From Rebecca billardiae RCC1528 (taxonomy: Eukaryota; Protista; Haptophyta), in assembly GCA_965240325.2 (NCBI GenBank), contig OZ251225.1:2232001-2296000 (forward strand): DNA of 64,000 bases, read 5' to 3'. Shown here piece after piece: positions 22,901 to 34,692 of the stretch (positions are counted from its first letter, which is position 1; each line of letters opens with the position of its first letter). The position numbers and the translations under genes were made by a program. The notes under the pieces were generated by a model, which did no database searches, was not told the DNA's origin, and saw nothing but the letters and a program-made list of their open reading frames with translations.

Positions 22901-24802
22901 ACGCGAGCGGGCGCTCAGGCTGGGCCGGGCGTGCGCCGCGCTGTGCGCCCGCGTGGCTGGCGAGCATGTCGCGTCATCGCTCCTGGCCCCGGCCGCGCGT
23001 ACATCCAGACCAGGGCCGTCATGAGGCCGATCTCCGTCGGAAGGCTGCCCGAGAAGGAGTTGTGTTGCGCCGTCCTGCGCAGCGAGTGGCGTTCGAGCGG
23101 GTTGCACGCAAGCGGGCGCTCAGGCTGGGCCGGGCGTGCGCCGCGCTGTGCGCCCGCGTGGCTGGCGAGCATGTCGCGCCACCGCCCCTGGCCCCGGGCC
23201 GCACGTACATCTTCCACCCAGCCGTCACGAGGCCGATCTCAGTGGGAAGGCCCGAGAAGGAGTTGGCATACGCCTCCCTGCGCAGCGAGTGGCGTTCGAG
23301 CGGGTTGCACGCGAGCGGGCGCTCAGGCTGGGCAGGGCGTGCGCCGCGCTGTGCACCCGCGTGGCTGGCGAGCATGGCGCGCCACCGCCCCTGCCTGGCC
23401 CCGGGCCGCGCGTACATCTGCCTCAGGGCCGTCATGAGGCCGATCTCCGTCGGAAGGGTGCCCGAGAAGGAGTTGGCATACACCCACCTGCGCAGCGAGT
23501 GGCGTTCGAGCGGGTTGCATGCGAGCGGGCGCTCAGGCTGGGCCGGGTGTGCGCCGCGCTGTGCGCCCGCGTGGCGGGTCAGAATGTCGCGCCATCGCTC
23601 CTGGCCCCGGCCGCGCGTACATATGGGTCAGGGTCGTCATGTTGCCGATCTCCGTGGGAAGGCTGCCCGAGAAGGAGTTAACATCCAAGCGCCTGCGCAG
23701 CGAGTGGCGTTCGAGCGCATTGCCGACACGAGCAGGCGGTCGGACTCGGCAGGGTGCGCGGTGCGCTGTGCGCCCGCGTGGCTGGCGAGAATGGCGCGCC
23801 ATCGCTCCTGGCCCCGGCCGCGCGTACATTTCGTTCACAGCCGTCACGAGGCCGATCTCCGTCGGAAGGGTGCCCGAGAACGAGTTGGCATACGCCCGCC
23901 TGCGCAGCGAGTGGCGTTCGAGCGCATTGCCGACACGAGCAGGCGGTCAGACTCGGCAGGGTGCGCGCTGCGCTGTGCACCCGCGTGGCTGGCGAGCATG
24001 TCGCGCCACCGCCCCTGGACCCGGCCGCGCGTACATCTCAGTCAGGGCCGTCATCAGGCCGACCTCCGTCGGAAGGCTGCCCGAGAAGGAGTTGTCTTGC
24101 GCCTGCCTGCGCAGCGGGTGGCGTTCGAGCGCAGTGCGCAGGCAGCCCCAGGCGAGGACGAGCAAGCCGCGTGAGCGCATGCCGCCATGCCCCTGACGTT
24201 CCTCTCAGCTGCCTGCCTGACGTCCGGCACTCCGGCGACCACACGACTGCGCGCACGGGCACGCGCGGCTCGCAGGCACGCGCGCTGCGCCATGCGCGTA
24301 CAGTGAAGTGAGGGCGAAGAGCGTACCGATGGCGGTTGGAACTGTGCCCGAGTAGCCAGCCGCAAGCACCTGCGCACACGGCACGCGCGCCGCGTGGCCG
24401 CGCGGCGCGAGGTGCACGTCAGACAGACAACAACAGCGACAACAGGCTGCGTGCGACAGGACGACAGGAGGCGACCACTGCTGCAGGTCAGGGCGACCGT
24501 GCGAGCGCGGCTGGCATCGCTCCCCGAAGCAGCGCGTGGCGCCCGTCGTCGCATGCCTGTGCTACATGGCCGCTCGCCGGAGCGCGCCATGAGCCAAGGT
24601 TGGCCACGCCGTCGCGATGGGCGCGGGGCCTCGCGCCGACACGCACATTCAGGCTGGTGCACGCTGCCGGGTCGGCGATGCAGTCCGTGTACTCGGTGCT
24701 GTTTTCGAAGGTGATGCCAGCAGCGCCCGACACCATCAACAGAAGCATCACGAGCGCGCCACCGTGGGCATGCCGCAGGCTGGTCGGCACGTTGGTGAGC
24801 AT
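10976..24802 (-). CDS. Giant LRR - SPPP stalk - REJ/GAIN-GPS - multi-TM (polycystin-1-like) receptor, 17 exons, about 3807 aa
   Basis: Exons 5'->3': 24647-24802 (signal peptide and Cys N-cap), 24302-24369 (LRR1), 14 LRR cassette exons between 24106 and 21344, and a final exon 10976-21173. All junctions are GT-AG and in frame. The final exon carries an SP-rich stalk, REJ-like NRPPYGG...GWTDD..DLPLRY, EGF-like CECNAGFAGAAC, GPS CHFWNE..WSSEGC...CACDHLTDF and about 5 TM helices. Confidence 0.85.
18040..21090 (-). repeat. Coding minisatellite: extensin-like (SPPP)n stalk with a 90 bp higher-order unit
   Basis: About 3 kb of a 90 bp (30 aa: 7x SPPP + PP) unit with shorter and longer variants. Synonymous variants recur periodically. 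Confidence 0.95.
21344..24106 (-). repeat. Array of 14 exon+intron units (~205 bp), each exon encoding one 24-aa (or 23-aa) plant-type LRR
   Basis: Exons: 24035-24106, 23828-23899, 23621-23692, 23416-23487, 23209-23277 (69 bp), 23003-23074, 22798-22869, 22591-22662, 22384-22455, 22179-22250, 21979-22047 (69 bp), 21769-21840, 21562-21633, 21344-21415. Consensus xxxxNSFSG(S/T)LPTEIGL(M/V)TALxxM. Acceptor ...CCACTCGCTGCGCAG, donor GTA(C/T)G. Confidence 0.93.
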
Positions 24803-24867
24803 GATGATGCGCGCCTCTTCGGCGGATTTTGCTGATGCCCGACGATCGGGCACTGCCGCCGACGAAT

Positions 24868-24990
24868 CAGGAGACCCGCGTCGTCCTACCTGTGTCGTTA
24901 AATCATAGAATGGGTCTGTTTTGTGGCGGTGTCTTTGTGCTTGGATGGCGTTAATCACGCCTTAACCAAGTGTGCACGTTAAAACATAGT
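24868..24990. repeat. Dispersed motif(s) upstream of the LRR receptor, containing CGTTAAA(T/A)CATAG twice
   Basis: 24868-24912 matches the reconstructed empty site at 46369/47498/48120-48143. 24913-24990 is an inverted copy of 26719-26803. 24844-24886 is repeated at ~25081-25122. Confidence 0.8.
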
Positions 24991-25619
24991 TGTCGTATTC
25001 GTCAAGGTTCTCTCGCCCGATTCTCAATCAGAACATTCGATCGCGGTGCAGGAGGCTGCTATGCAACGCCGACTTTTGTCGATCGGGCACTGCAGCCGAC
25101 GAATCAGGAGACCTGCCGTCCTCATCAGCTAAACTTATTTGTCATTTCAATCGTCATGGCGCATGATGTCTTATTGCGATTATTCCCCTATTTGATGTTG
25201 ACGCTTTTTCGACTAGCTTACGATGCTCCAATAGACACGAGCGCTTTCAATCAATAATGTTTCAATACGAGAGGGGCATCATGATGTGGTGGTGAGGACG
25301 CCATAGTAAGGTTCGGGGGCCGAGTCCGGGAGCTGCCCCTTCAACTTTAGTGGGCACGCTGCGGCCGCATGGCGGCCGGCCGCCCGCCGCCCACGCGAAC
25401 AAAAGTCCGTGCGCGGGCGTGGTGGGCACGCACGTGTCGATGGCGTAGGGCTGGCAGGTCCGTATGTGCCATGGCCGATCCCCCGGCGCGTTTGAGACCC
25501 CATCCCCGGCGCCTGAGGCACCACACATGCTGGCGATGACAGATGTCGTGTTCAGCACGGGTTGCTGTGCACGCGCCGGTACGGCGGGGTGGTGCACACG
25601 GAGAGAGGGCCTAGAAAGG

Positions 25620-26408
25620 GGTGGCGTGCGTTCTCACAGGTCTGGTCTCCAATTCCCGGCAGCCGGGCACCGAGCCGCAGGACGAGCTCTTGCTGGAGGA
25701 CTCGCCCGAGCGCGCGTTCGCGCGCTTGCACACCGCGCTGCGCACCATGCACGACCAGCGCGTCCTGCGCTTCTACACGCAGAACGACTCGTCGTGGACG
25801 ATCGATCAGGACATTGGCCTGCTGCAGTCGCAGTATCGGCGCACGTGCTGCACGCGACCTCGCAGCGCGCGTGGCCCGCATTCGAGGGGAAGACGCCGAG
25901 GGCGTGCAAGGAGCGGCTGCTGCGGCTGCGGGACATCGTAGACAGGCTCGAGCCGCGGGACATTGGCCTGCTGCAGTCGCAGTATGCGCTGCTGCACGCG
26001 ACCTCGCAGCGCGCGTGGCCCGCATTCGAGGGGAAGACGCCGAGGGCGTGCAAGGAGCGGCTGCTGCGGCTGCGGGACATCGTAGACAGGCTCGAGCCGC
26101 GGCTGCTCGCGACGCTCTTCCCCGCCGACGCCGACGACGAGCTGCGCGAGCTTGTCCGACGCTGCGCCGATCCCGCCGGCGCGCGAGGCTGTGCGAGGCT
26201 GACGGGCGGGCTGCCGAGCGCGATCTCAGCGCTGCGCGCGGCCACAGCAGGGCTGCCCGAAGCGCACCGGGCGGAGGCGCTGCGGCTGCTGCGCGTCGAG
26301 TTCGACACGGCCCAGCCCCCCGAGGCCGTCGATCGAGTCCGGATTACTCGCGCCCGCGCCTCCTGCACGGCGACGGCGCCGGGCGCGCGCATCGTAGTGA
26401 TTCGGTGA
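25620..26408 (+). pseudogene. Frameshifted gene remnant of unknown function with an internal tandem duplication
   Basis: Protein-like text is split over two frames (..ELLLEDSPERAFARLHTALRTMHDQRVLRFYTQND..DIGLLQSQY / ALLHATSQRAWPAFEGK..). A ~145 bp duplication spans 25809-25957 / 25958-26102, and the first copy carries a frameshifting indel. Confidence 0.55.
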
Positions 26409-27546
26409 AGAACGCGACAACTACCAGGGCCGTGCGCCATCAACTTCGTTGTTCACTACCCGAAGATCGGCGTAGCCGATCATAATAATTCGTCTTAATA
26501 TGTATATATATAGAGAGAGAGAGAGAGAGAGTAGTAGTAGTTCTTATATATTTTTCATATATATATATATATATATTGATTGGAGTCAAGCCGTCTGCCG
26601 TGGATGCATGTGCTGTCTGTGCGTGCATAAATAAGCATGCGGCCGCGCTGCCATCTAAGATCGTCTCACTTAAATCTGCTGCTTTGATTCCGCCGAGTGA
26701 TGACTGAGACTACAGTTTACTATGATTTAACGTGCACACTTGGTTAAGGCGTGATTATTAACGCCATCCAACACTGCACAAAGACACCGCCACAAAACAG
26801 ACCGGCGCAGGCAGGTGAGGGGCGCGTTGCCGCACCTCATCGAGGCGGCCATTGCAGCAAGCGGCCGCCCCGCGCTCGGAGGCACGCGCTCGAGAGCGCG
26901 CTCTGACACCACACGGGGAGGGTGCTGCACCTGGATCTTGTATCCCAGCCACCTCGAGAGTGCAGCCACGCCAAACACCTGCCTGCGCTGTGAGCGACGC
27001 CGCGTCGACTGATCGAGCCCCAGCCGAAGGGAAGAACTGGAAGATGAAGGGTCGTGGGCAGGTCCACATGCCCGGCGTAAACTGCGCGCTGCTCGCCCGC
27101 GAAGGCAAGCAGCGCACCCCCGCCGCCTTCGCAAGCAGCGGGGGCGGGGGAAAGCGGCCCCTCTCGGCTGCCGCCAGCCCCTGTCTGCCCACCTACCCCG
27201 GTTGTGGCACAGAGCCTTCGCCTGCCCCGAACACAAACACCTTGTGAACAGGGCCAGGCGCGGCCCCACGCCCCATCGGGACGAGTGGGCCCGCGAAGAG
27301 CGCGCCCACGACCTCGTCGGTCGTCGCCGACGCCGCGCCCTCATGCCCAGACGCCGCAGCCGGGGCGCCATCACCCAGAGGGTGATGGCAGCCCCCGGCC
27401 TCTTGCCCTTGGCGGTCCGAAGACATGCGGGACGGCCGCGACGACGGCTCCGACGATGCCGAAGGCGCAAGCTCGCGGAAGGGGCTGACAGAGTTGGGAA
27501 GCTGCGGCGTCGGGCCCGCACGCGCCACGGCGCTACTGCTTGGTCA

Positions 27547-28258
<712 letters not shown>

Positions 28259-28268
28259 AGTTCAGAAA

Positions 28269-30104
28269 TATGACCGCGTTCCGCGGTCCTTTTCCGTAGA
28301 ACGAACGTAGTTCGGGGCCCGCGGTGGCGGTGCACCCTCCGTCGCACCCTCCGTCGCGATCGAGAGTGGGCCCGCCCGGCCGCGAGCCCGGCAGCCAGTA
28401 GACTCCAGCGGCGCGCCGCCGCCCGCCGCGCGGCCGGGCGGGCCCATCGCAGCCGCCGGCGAGGCGCCGATTGTGCACAGTCGAAGTCATGGCCGACTGA
28501 GATCGTCGGCACGCGCTGCTGCTGCGAGATCGTCGGCGTCGGCACGCGCTGCTGCTGCGAGGGCTGCTCGCTCGCCAGCTGACCGAGGCACTCGAGCAAG
28601 CCAAGGTATGAGCACGCCTCGTCGCAGCCAGCCAGGGCCTCCATGATTTTGTACAGCATCTCGCACGCGTCCTGCTGCTGCTGCCCAAACGCCGTTGTCC
28701 ACCGACAGACCTCCGCGATCGCGTCGTGGAGCGGCTCGAGCAAGCTACGCGTCGGCCCCACCTCGCTGGGCCACTCGCAGTTGACATGCGCAAGCGCCAG
28801 CGAGCGCATGCTCGGGACACGCCGATGGGGTTGGTGGACTGCTCAGCCGCGGCAGATGTGGCGAGCGAGACGATGGAAGGGCACGCGAGCAGCGCCGCCA
28901 GCAGCGAGCCGAGGTAGCACGTGACGCCTAGGTTGAGCGTGCCCAGCAGGCTGAGCGAGCCGGCCGGGCGCCCCCGCTGCGGCTGTGCTTTCTCTGCAGC
29001 GGGCATTTCCCCGTCGAGCGCGGCGAGTGCCGCAAAGCGGCTGCCAGCTGTTGGGCCGGGTGAGGAGGAGGGAGGGAGCTGGCCTGCGGGGCGCGTGGTG
29101 AAGTCGGTGATCAGTCGCGTCGCGCTCCCCCTGCCGATTGCGCCTTCGTCCTCCAGCACGGTGCGGACCTTGCGAACGAAGTTGTAGATCGACCATTTGG
29201 GCACGTTGTACTTCATTCACCGCCGCAGAGGGCACGTCCTGCTTGTGCCTCACGACTGAGATGGCAGCAGCGATGCTCTGGAGCGTGCTCTTAGCCACCT
29301 TCTTCACTGCCCCGGATTCGAGCAGCACGTTCAATACGCGGCGAGCGCGGTCCTCGTCGGCGTCGCCAGCTGACGTGCTCGGCATGAGTCGGCATCATGT
29401 CCACGTGAGCGCAGAAAAGTGGCCTCGAGCCTGCTCAATCAAGGCCTGCTCAATCAAGTGCGCACAACTGGCTCGCCAGAGGGCAAAAGGCCAATAGCTA
29501 CTCCCAATTCCCGAAGGCTGATGATGAATACGCACACGTGCGCCTGATGAATATCGATGATATTCTGCTCGACCCCGTAGCAGTCCACGAACCATATACA
29601 TTACAATGTCATATGAAAACGAAGCGGTGCAAATGATGTTCTCCAGTATAGTGGATACGACCCCGACGAAGCGATTTTATGCCTGCGTGAACCATACATA
29701 TGAATACGAAGCGCGGTGCAAATGTTCTCCAGTAGTGAATACGACCCCGACGAAGCCAATATATATCGGTTGGTTACTTCGCTGATCCCGTAAGGACGTG
29801 CAAAAATAGCCTCAAAGAAGCTGACGCTTGTACAGTATTGGACTTGTAACCGTCCTACTTCACACAGAAGTGAACTCTCACGCCCGGCCGTCCACGATTG
29901 ATAGTAGGGGAATGTCGTGGGCGCGGTTTTTTTCTCCGTGATGCATCTGTAGAGAGGGTCTCAAAATTCGAAACTCGGTCTCCGCCAGCCCTAAAAATCG
30001 GCCCCCGCGTCCCTTTTTCTTGATCAAAGATCTTTTTGAAACGTGGTTCGGGCCCGCTGGTGCGGGCTCCACTCGCTGCGCGCTCCGCCCTGCACCGCGG
30101 GCCA
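28269..30104 (-). mobile_element. Non-autonomous Helentron/Helitron2-like element, copy 2 (second subfamily)
   Basis: Same terminal hairpin and sub-TIR (variant GGCCCGCGGTGGCGGTGCA). The other end is ...CGCTCCGCCCTGCACCGCGGGCCA with the conserved TGATCAAAGATCTTTTTGA near-palindrome. It has its own 2x tandem repeat at ~29585-29760. Confidence 0.75.
28480..29385 (-). pseudogene. Degenerate ORF in element copy 2: pipsqueak-like HTH plus a ubiquitin-specific protease (C19) N-terminal fragment
   Basis: AAISVVRHKQDVPSAA / KYNVPKWSIYNFVRK (frameshift near 29217). GTLNLGVTCYLGSLLAALLAC is a USP Cys box. [12 protein letters not shown] is a QQD box after a second frameshift. Confidence 0.6.
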
Positions 30105-30374
30105 TAATAGCAGCAGGCACTTATTATTCAATGTTGATGTTCACCCGGCCTTCTTGGCAGATCGATGCCGCCAAGGCTGCTGGTTGCTCGGTGACGGCCG
30201 GCCCGGCGTCCGGCGGTCCGGCCTCAGGACGCGGCCGCGGGCGCTGCTGCCGCAGTAGTAGTTAAAGTTAGTCAAAGCGCGTCGGCGAGTAGTATCCGCA
30301 CGAAGCAGTGATCGCGACGATGAACTGTGAATCGAGTCGGGCCATAATTATGGCGTCCGCGGATCGCCGTGGCT

Positions 30375-32901
30375 TCATTTGGACGAGCCCAGCATGAGCG
30401 AACGGAACGCATCGTTGGACTTGGGCGCCGGGGGTGCAGCAGCCGGGCTTTCAGCAGCCGGCGCCGCTCCGCCTGCGGCGCCAGCGCGTTGGCCACCCGG
30501 GCGAGCCTGGCTGCGCGGAGGCGGTCCGGCGGGCTTGCGCGTGGCCACGCCCCGCGGCAAGAGGCTGAGGGCCGCGTTCCTGCGCGCCGAGGTCGGCATA
30601 GCGAGCAGGGAGCGGCGGCGGGCAAGCGGGGGCGCGGACACGCGCGTCACTCGAGTGAGGTCGGCTGGTTGGCTCGGTCGGCGCATGCGGTCGCGCCGCG
30701 CGCGTGCGCGCACCTGCTCGCCCCGTCTGCGCTGGCGCGTGATGCCGGCGGCGCGACGGCGACTTGACCGGCACCATCGCCGCCGCCACCGCCGCTCAGC
30801 CCCGGCGGCCCCTGCCTCCGCGCCGGCACGACAGACAGCCGCTTGCCGCGCAGCCTGGTGCCATCGAGCGCGCCGAGCGCGGTGGCACATGCACTTTCGG
30901 TCGAGTACTCGACGTATGCGAAGCCCTTGGACTCGCCGTGCCGGTCGGTGACGAGCCGGAGGCCGTCGGGGCAGAGCGTGCCGTGCGCCTCGAACAGGCT
31001 GCGCAGCTCGTCCGCGCCCGCCGTCTTGTCGATGTTGGACACGTACAGCGTGCGCGGGTCAAGCTCGGCCGCGCGCGCGCCGGCCGACTTGGGCCGCGAG
31101 ACGGCGATGGAGAGAACGTGGCTGCGCAGGATGGCGCCGTTCAGGGCGAGGGCGTACTTGAGGGCGGCGTCCTTGCGCTCGGGCTCGTCGGCCGCGCCCT
31201 CGGCCGCGCCCGCCGGCACGCGCGCGCCGATGTCCACGTAGGCGAATCCCTTGGAACGGCGTGCGCGGTCGGTCACGATGCGCACGTCAACGACAGCGCA
31301 CGCGCGATCCGACTCCGACTCGGCCGGGCGCCACGCGCCGCCCTCGTTCTCGAGGTACGCCTTGAGCAGCTCGGCGTCGACGCTCTTCTCCAGATTGGAC
31401 ACGTAGAGCGTGTGCGCGTGCGCGGGCGGCGCCGCGGCGGGCACCGCGCTCTCAGCGGCCGCGGGCGGCGCTGCGGCCGCCCCGGGGCGCGCGGCGCGCG
31501 AGGCCGCGCCCTGGCGGGCACCCTTCGACTTGGTCTTCGAGCCGGCCGCGGGCTCTGGCGCGGTAGCGCTGCCGGCCGCGGGCTGGGCCTGCGCAGAGGC
31601 CGGCGAGACGGCATCCGCGGCGTGGCCCTCCGGCGGCGCCGGCTGCTTGGCTCTCTTTGAGGGCCGCGCCCGCCCGGCGCCCGCGCCGTCCGCGCCGGCG
31701 GCGGCGCCATCCGCGGCAAAATCGGCTTCGGCGCCGTCGGCGCCGTCGCGCGCGCCGCGTCGGCGCTTGTGCTGCGGCTGCGCGCGCGCCTCGGCGAGCC
31801 GGCGCGCGCACCGCTCCTCCGCCACGCGCAGCTCCTCCGCAGAGCCGTGCGCCTGCTCGTGACACTGGTACGCAGAGGCCAGCTCGGCAGGATCGTCGGC
31901 GACTGTGGGCAGCGCGCGACGGAAAAGTGCGCGCGCGCGGCGCGCGCCCTCCGCGCCCGGGCACATCTCGCGCTCGAGGGCGATGACCTCGAGCCAGCGC
32001 GCGCACACGGTGCCCTCGCGCCGCAGCACGCCCTCGCACAGCTCGCGCGCCCTCGCCGCGTCGCGCAGCCTCACACCCTCCACGCGCGCGCACAACCGAG
32101 CGTACGCGCAGCCGTGGTCGGTTCCGGGAAAGCACCGCTCGAGGTAGTAACTGCCGAGGCTGATGGCGTGGCGGATGCGCGCGAGCAGCGGCGCGGGCAC
32201 CCACGCCTCCGCGCCCGCAGCCCCCGCGTCCGCCGGCGCCGCCGGCAGCCGCCGGCATAGCACGCCCAGGTACGCCGCGAGCACGCTCCCGTAGTCGGCG
32301 CCGCGGCCTCCGAGCCCACACGCGCACGCGGCCGCAAACAGCCGGTCGACGCGCTCGTCGTCGGCGGCGTACAGGTCGAGCTGGGAGAGCGCGGCGAGCC
32401 AGAGCGGCGTGCTCCACGTGCAGTTGCGCGCCGCGCGCTCGCACACGCACGTCGCCACCGAGCCCACCTTGAGCCGCGTGCGCACGAACTCGACGTAGGC
32501 TTCCCACGCGCGGCCGTCGAGTGGCGCGGCCGCAACGCACCGCTCGTAAAGCAGCGCGGCGCGCGTGGGGTCGGCCTTGGCCTCGAGCGCGAGGTAGGGC
32601 TGCCAGGCGGCCCACTCGGCGTCGCTGAGCGTGCTCGAGCGCCGCGCCGCCTCCGCCTCCGCCCCCTTCGCCGCCTGCAGCAGCGCGTCCTCGTGCGGCA
32701 GCCGCAAGTCCACCTCGCGCGCGGCGCCCTCGGAGCGCCGCAGCAGCTCGGCGGAGGGCGTGCGGCCGAGCGAGCGCTCCCAGGCGGCGTACTCGTCGCG
32801 CGCCTGCTGCAGGTCGAGGTGCGGCACGGAGAGCCGCCGCTTGTACAGCGCGCGCACCCGCGCGAGCTGGGCCGCGACCTCCTCGCTCTCCTCCTGCTCG
32901 C

Positions 32902-32932
<31 letters not shown>

Positions 32933-33511
32933 CGGCGCGGCCGCGCGCACCGCGGCGAGCAGCTGCAGCTCAAACTGCGTGTACGTGGTCCAGAGGCGCG
33001 CGGCGTCGAGCATGTGGAGCCCAGCCGCGGTGATCGCCTCCTCGAACGCCGCGCGCACCTTCTCCATCGGCTCCTCGGCCTCGAGCACGAAGAGCGCGCG
33101 CTCGAGCCACAGCGTCGGCGAGAGATAATCGGCGGTCGCGCGCGCGTACAGCGCGAGGACGGCGTCGTGCGCCGTGCCCGCGAGGCGCTCGTCGGCAATC
33201 CACGCGCGCCAGAGCTCTTCGGTCAGCGGGTACTGCGCGGCCATCGCCTCCCGCGCCGCGCGCGCCTCCGTCACACTCCCCGCGCCGCCGAGCAGCGTGA
33301 CAAGTCGAGCGTGCGCGTCGTACAGCCGCGGGTTGGACTGCAGCTGCGCGCGGAGCTGCGCAATCTCGGCGGCGCGCTGCGCGGCCGCCGCCGGATCCTC
33401 GGGCGCGCTGGCGACGGCCGGCGCGTGCTCCATCGCCTCCATGCCATCCGACTCCTCGCCGCTGTCCTCGCTGTCCGACTCGCGCGACTCGTCGTCCTCC
33501 ATCGTCGTCAT
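30375..33511 (-). CDS. SART3: SART3/Prp24 U4/U6 recycling factor, 2 exons (intron 30580-30713)
   Basis: HAT repeats (YPLTEELWRAWI, FEEAITAAGLH, ERAARNCTWS) and two RRMs (SKGFAYV). After splicing, the C-terminus reads LSLLPRG...KSNDAFRSLML, the LSm-interaction motif. Confidence 0.92.
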
Positions 33512-34692
33512 CCCTTTTCGCGGCGTCTCGACGAAAGCGGACGAGTCACGACTGAACCCCCTTGTCACGACACGCCCAGCATGCATCCAGTGTACAGTAT
33601 GGCAGACCCGTCCACCCGGCGCGAGGCACGGCGGCCGCCACGCTTACGTTGCGGGGGCGGAGCAGGGGCGCGGCGCCCGGGCGGCTTTAGAATTAGACCC
33701 ACTCTGCGTCGCGCGCCTTCCACCTCGGCGGGTCATCCGCGCCTGAAGGCAGCGCGGACGCGCTCGCCACAAGCGTAGGCGCGAGCGCGTGCGTGGTGGG
33801 CGACGTGGCCGACTTGGGGCACGATCCACAGCAGGCTAAGGCTGTACTATCATATGCACGCGCTAGCCGCGGTCGCCGCCTGGAGCCTTCGCCATGCTAC
33901 GCACCTCTTTCCATGTGTTGTGAGGTCTCAGTGCGCCGGGCCCGACACCGCCAGGCCGCGACGGTTGGCAAGGCTGAATGTGTGCCCGTTCGCGCTGGGG
34001 CAGGGCGACTTCAGCGCGCGGCACCCATCGCGGGGCGATCCTGCGGCCCCTAGAACCGACGTGCATCAACAAGCCCGTCAGCAGCAGCAGTCGTCACTGA
34101 CAGCCTGCTGCCGCAGCCGCGTCTCGGCCCGCGGCAGCGCCTCGGGACTGCCCGACTCGGGGCCCGGGACTGGCTGTACTTTTGGGTCTGGGTCCGGCGG
34201 GCCCGCGGCCAGGCTCAGAGCCAGTGCCCGGGCTTGGGGTGCCTGAGTGTGTGACCCCGTCAGCCACCGCGACTGCCGAAGAGCCGAAATACTGCGACGC
34301 TGCAGGGTCGGAGCGTACGCGTGTGCAATGGCTAAAACTACATCAGGACCGAATACGACTACGTACTGCTGCCTGAGCTGTGTGCGTCTCGTTTTCTTAG
34401 TAAAATGTAATGGGCACCACGGACTGACTACTCTGTGGAGACCATCTGAGACGACGACTCTACTGATGGCAACTGAATATGAATACATATATATATAAAT
34501 TATTGATAAATATATATAAATTATGGGTGCTAATTAATGTCAATAATAGCGCGCAGCAGGCAGCCCTGCATTTGATGCTAAGGCAACCGAATATATATAT
34601 ATATATTTATTTATGAATTAATAAGATCAGTTTTGCTGCTAAATTACTATTTGATAAGCGCGCAGTGACGCCAGCAGGCTATGTAAGCTATG

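Noticed and set aside
21416-24034. Introner-type mobile introns
   Set aside because: The similar introns all sit at the same position of a repeated exon, as expected from tandem duplication. Other introns in the window do not share the sequence.
21344-24130. CRISPR-like array (conserved repeat CTGCGCAGCGAGTGGCGTTCGAGCG with regular spacing)
   Set aside because: The repeat is the intron acceptor region. The apparent spacers are homologous LRR exons and introns. The context is eukaryotic and there are no cas genes.
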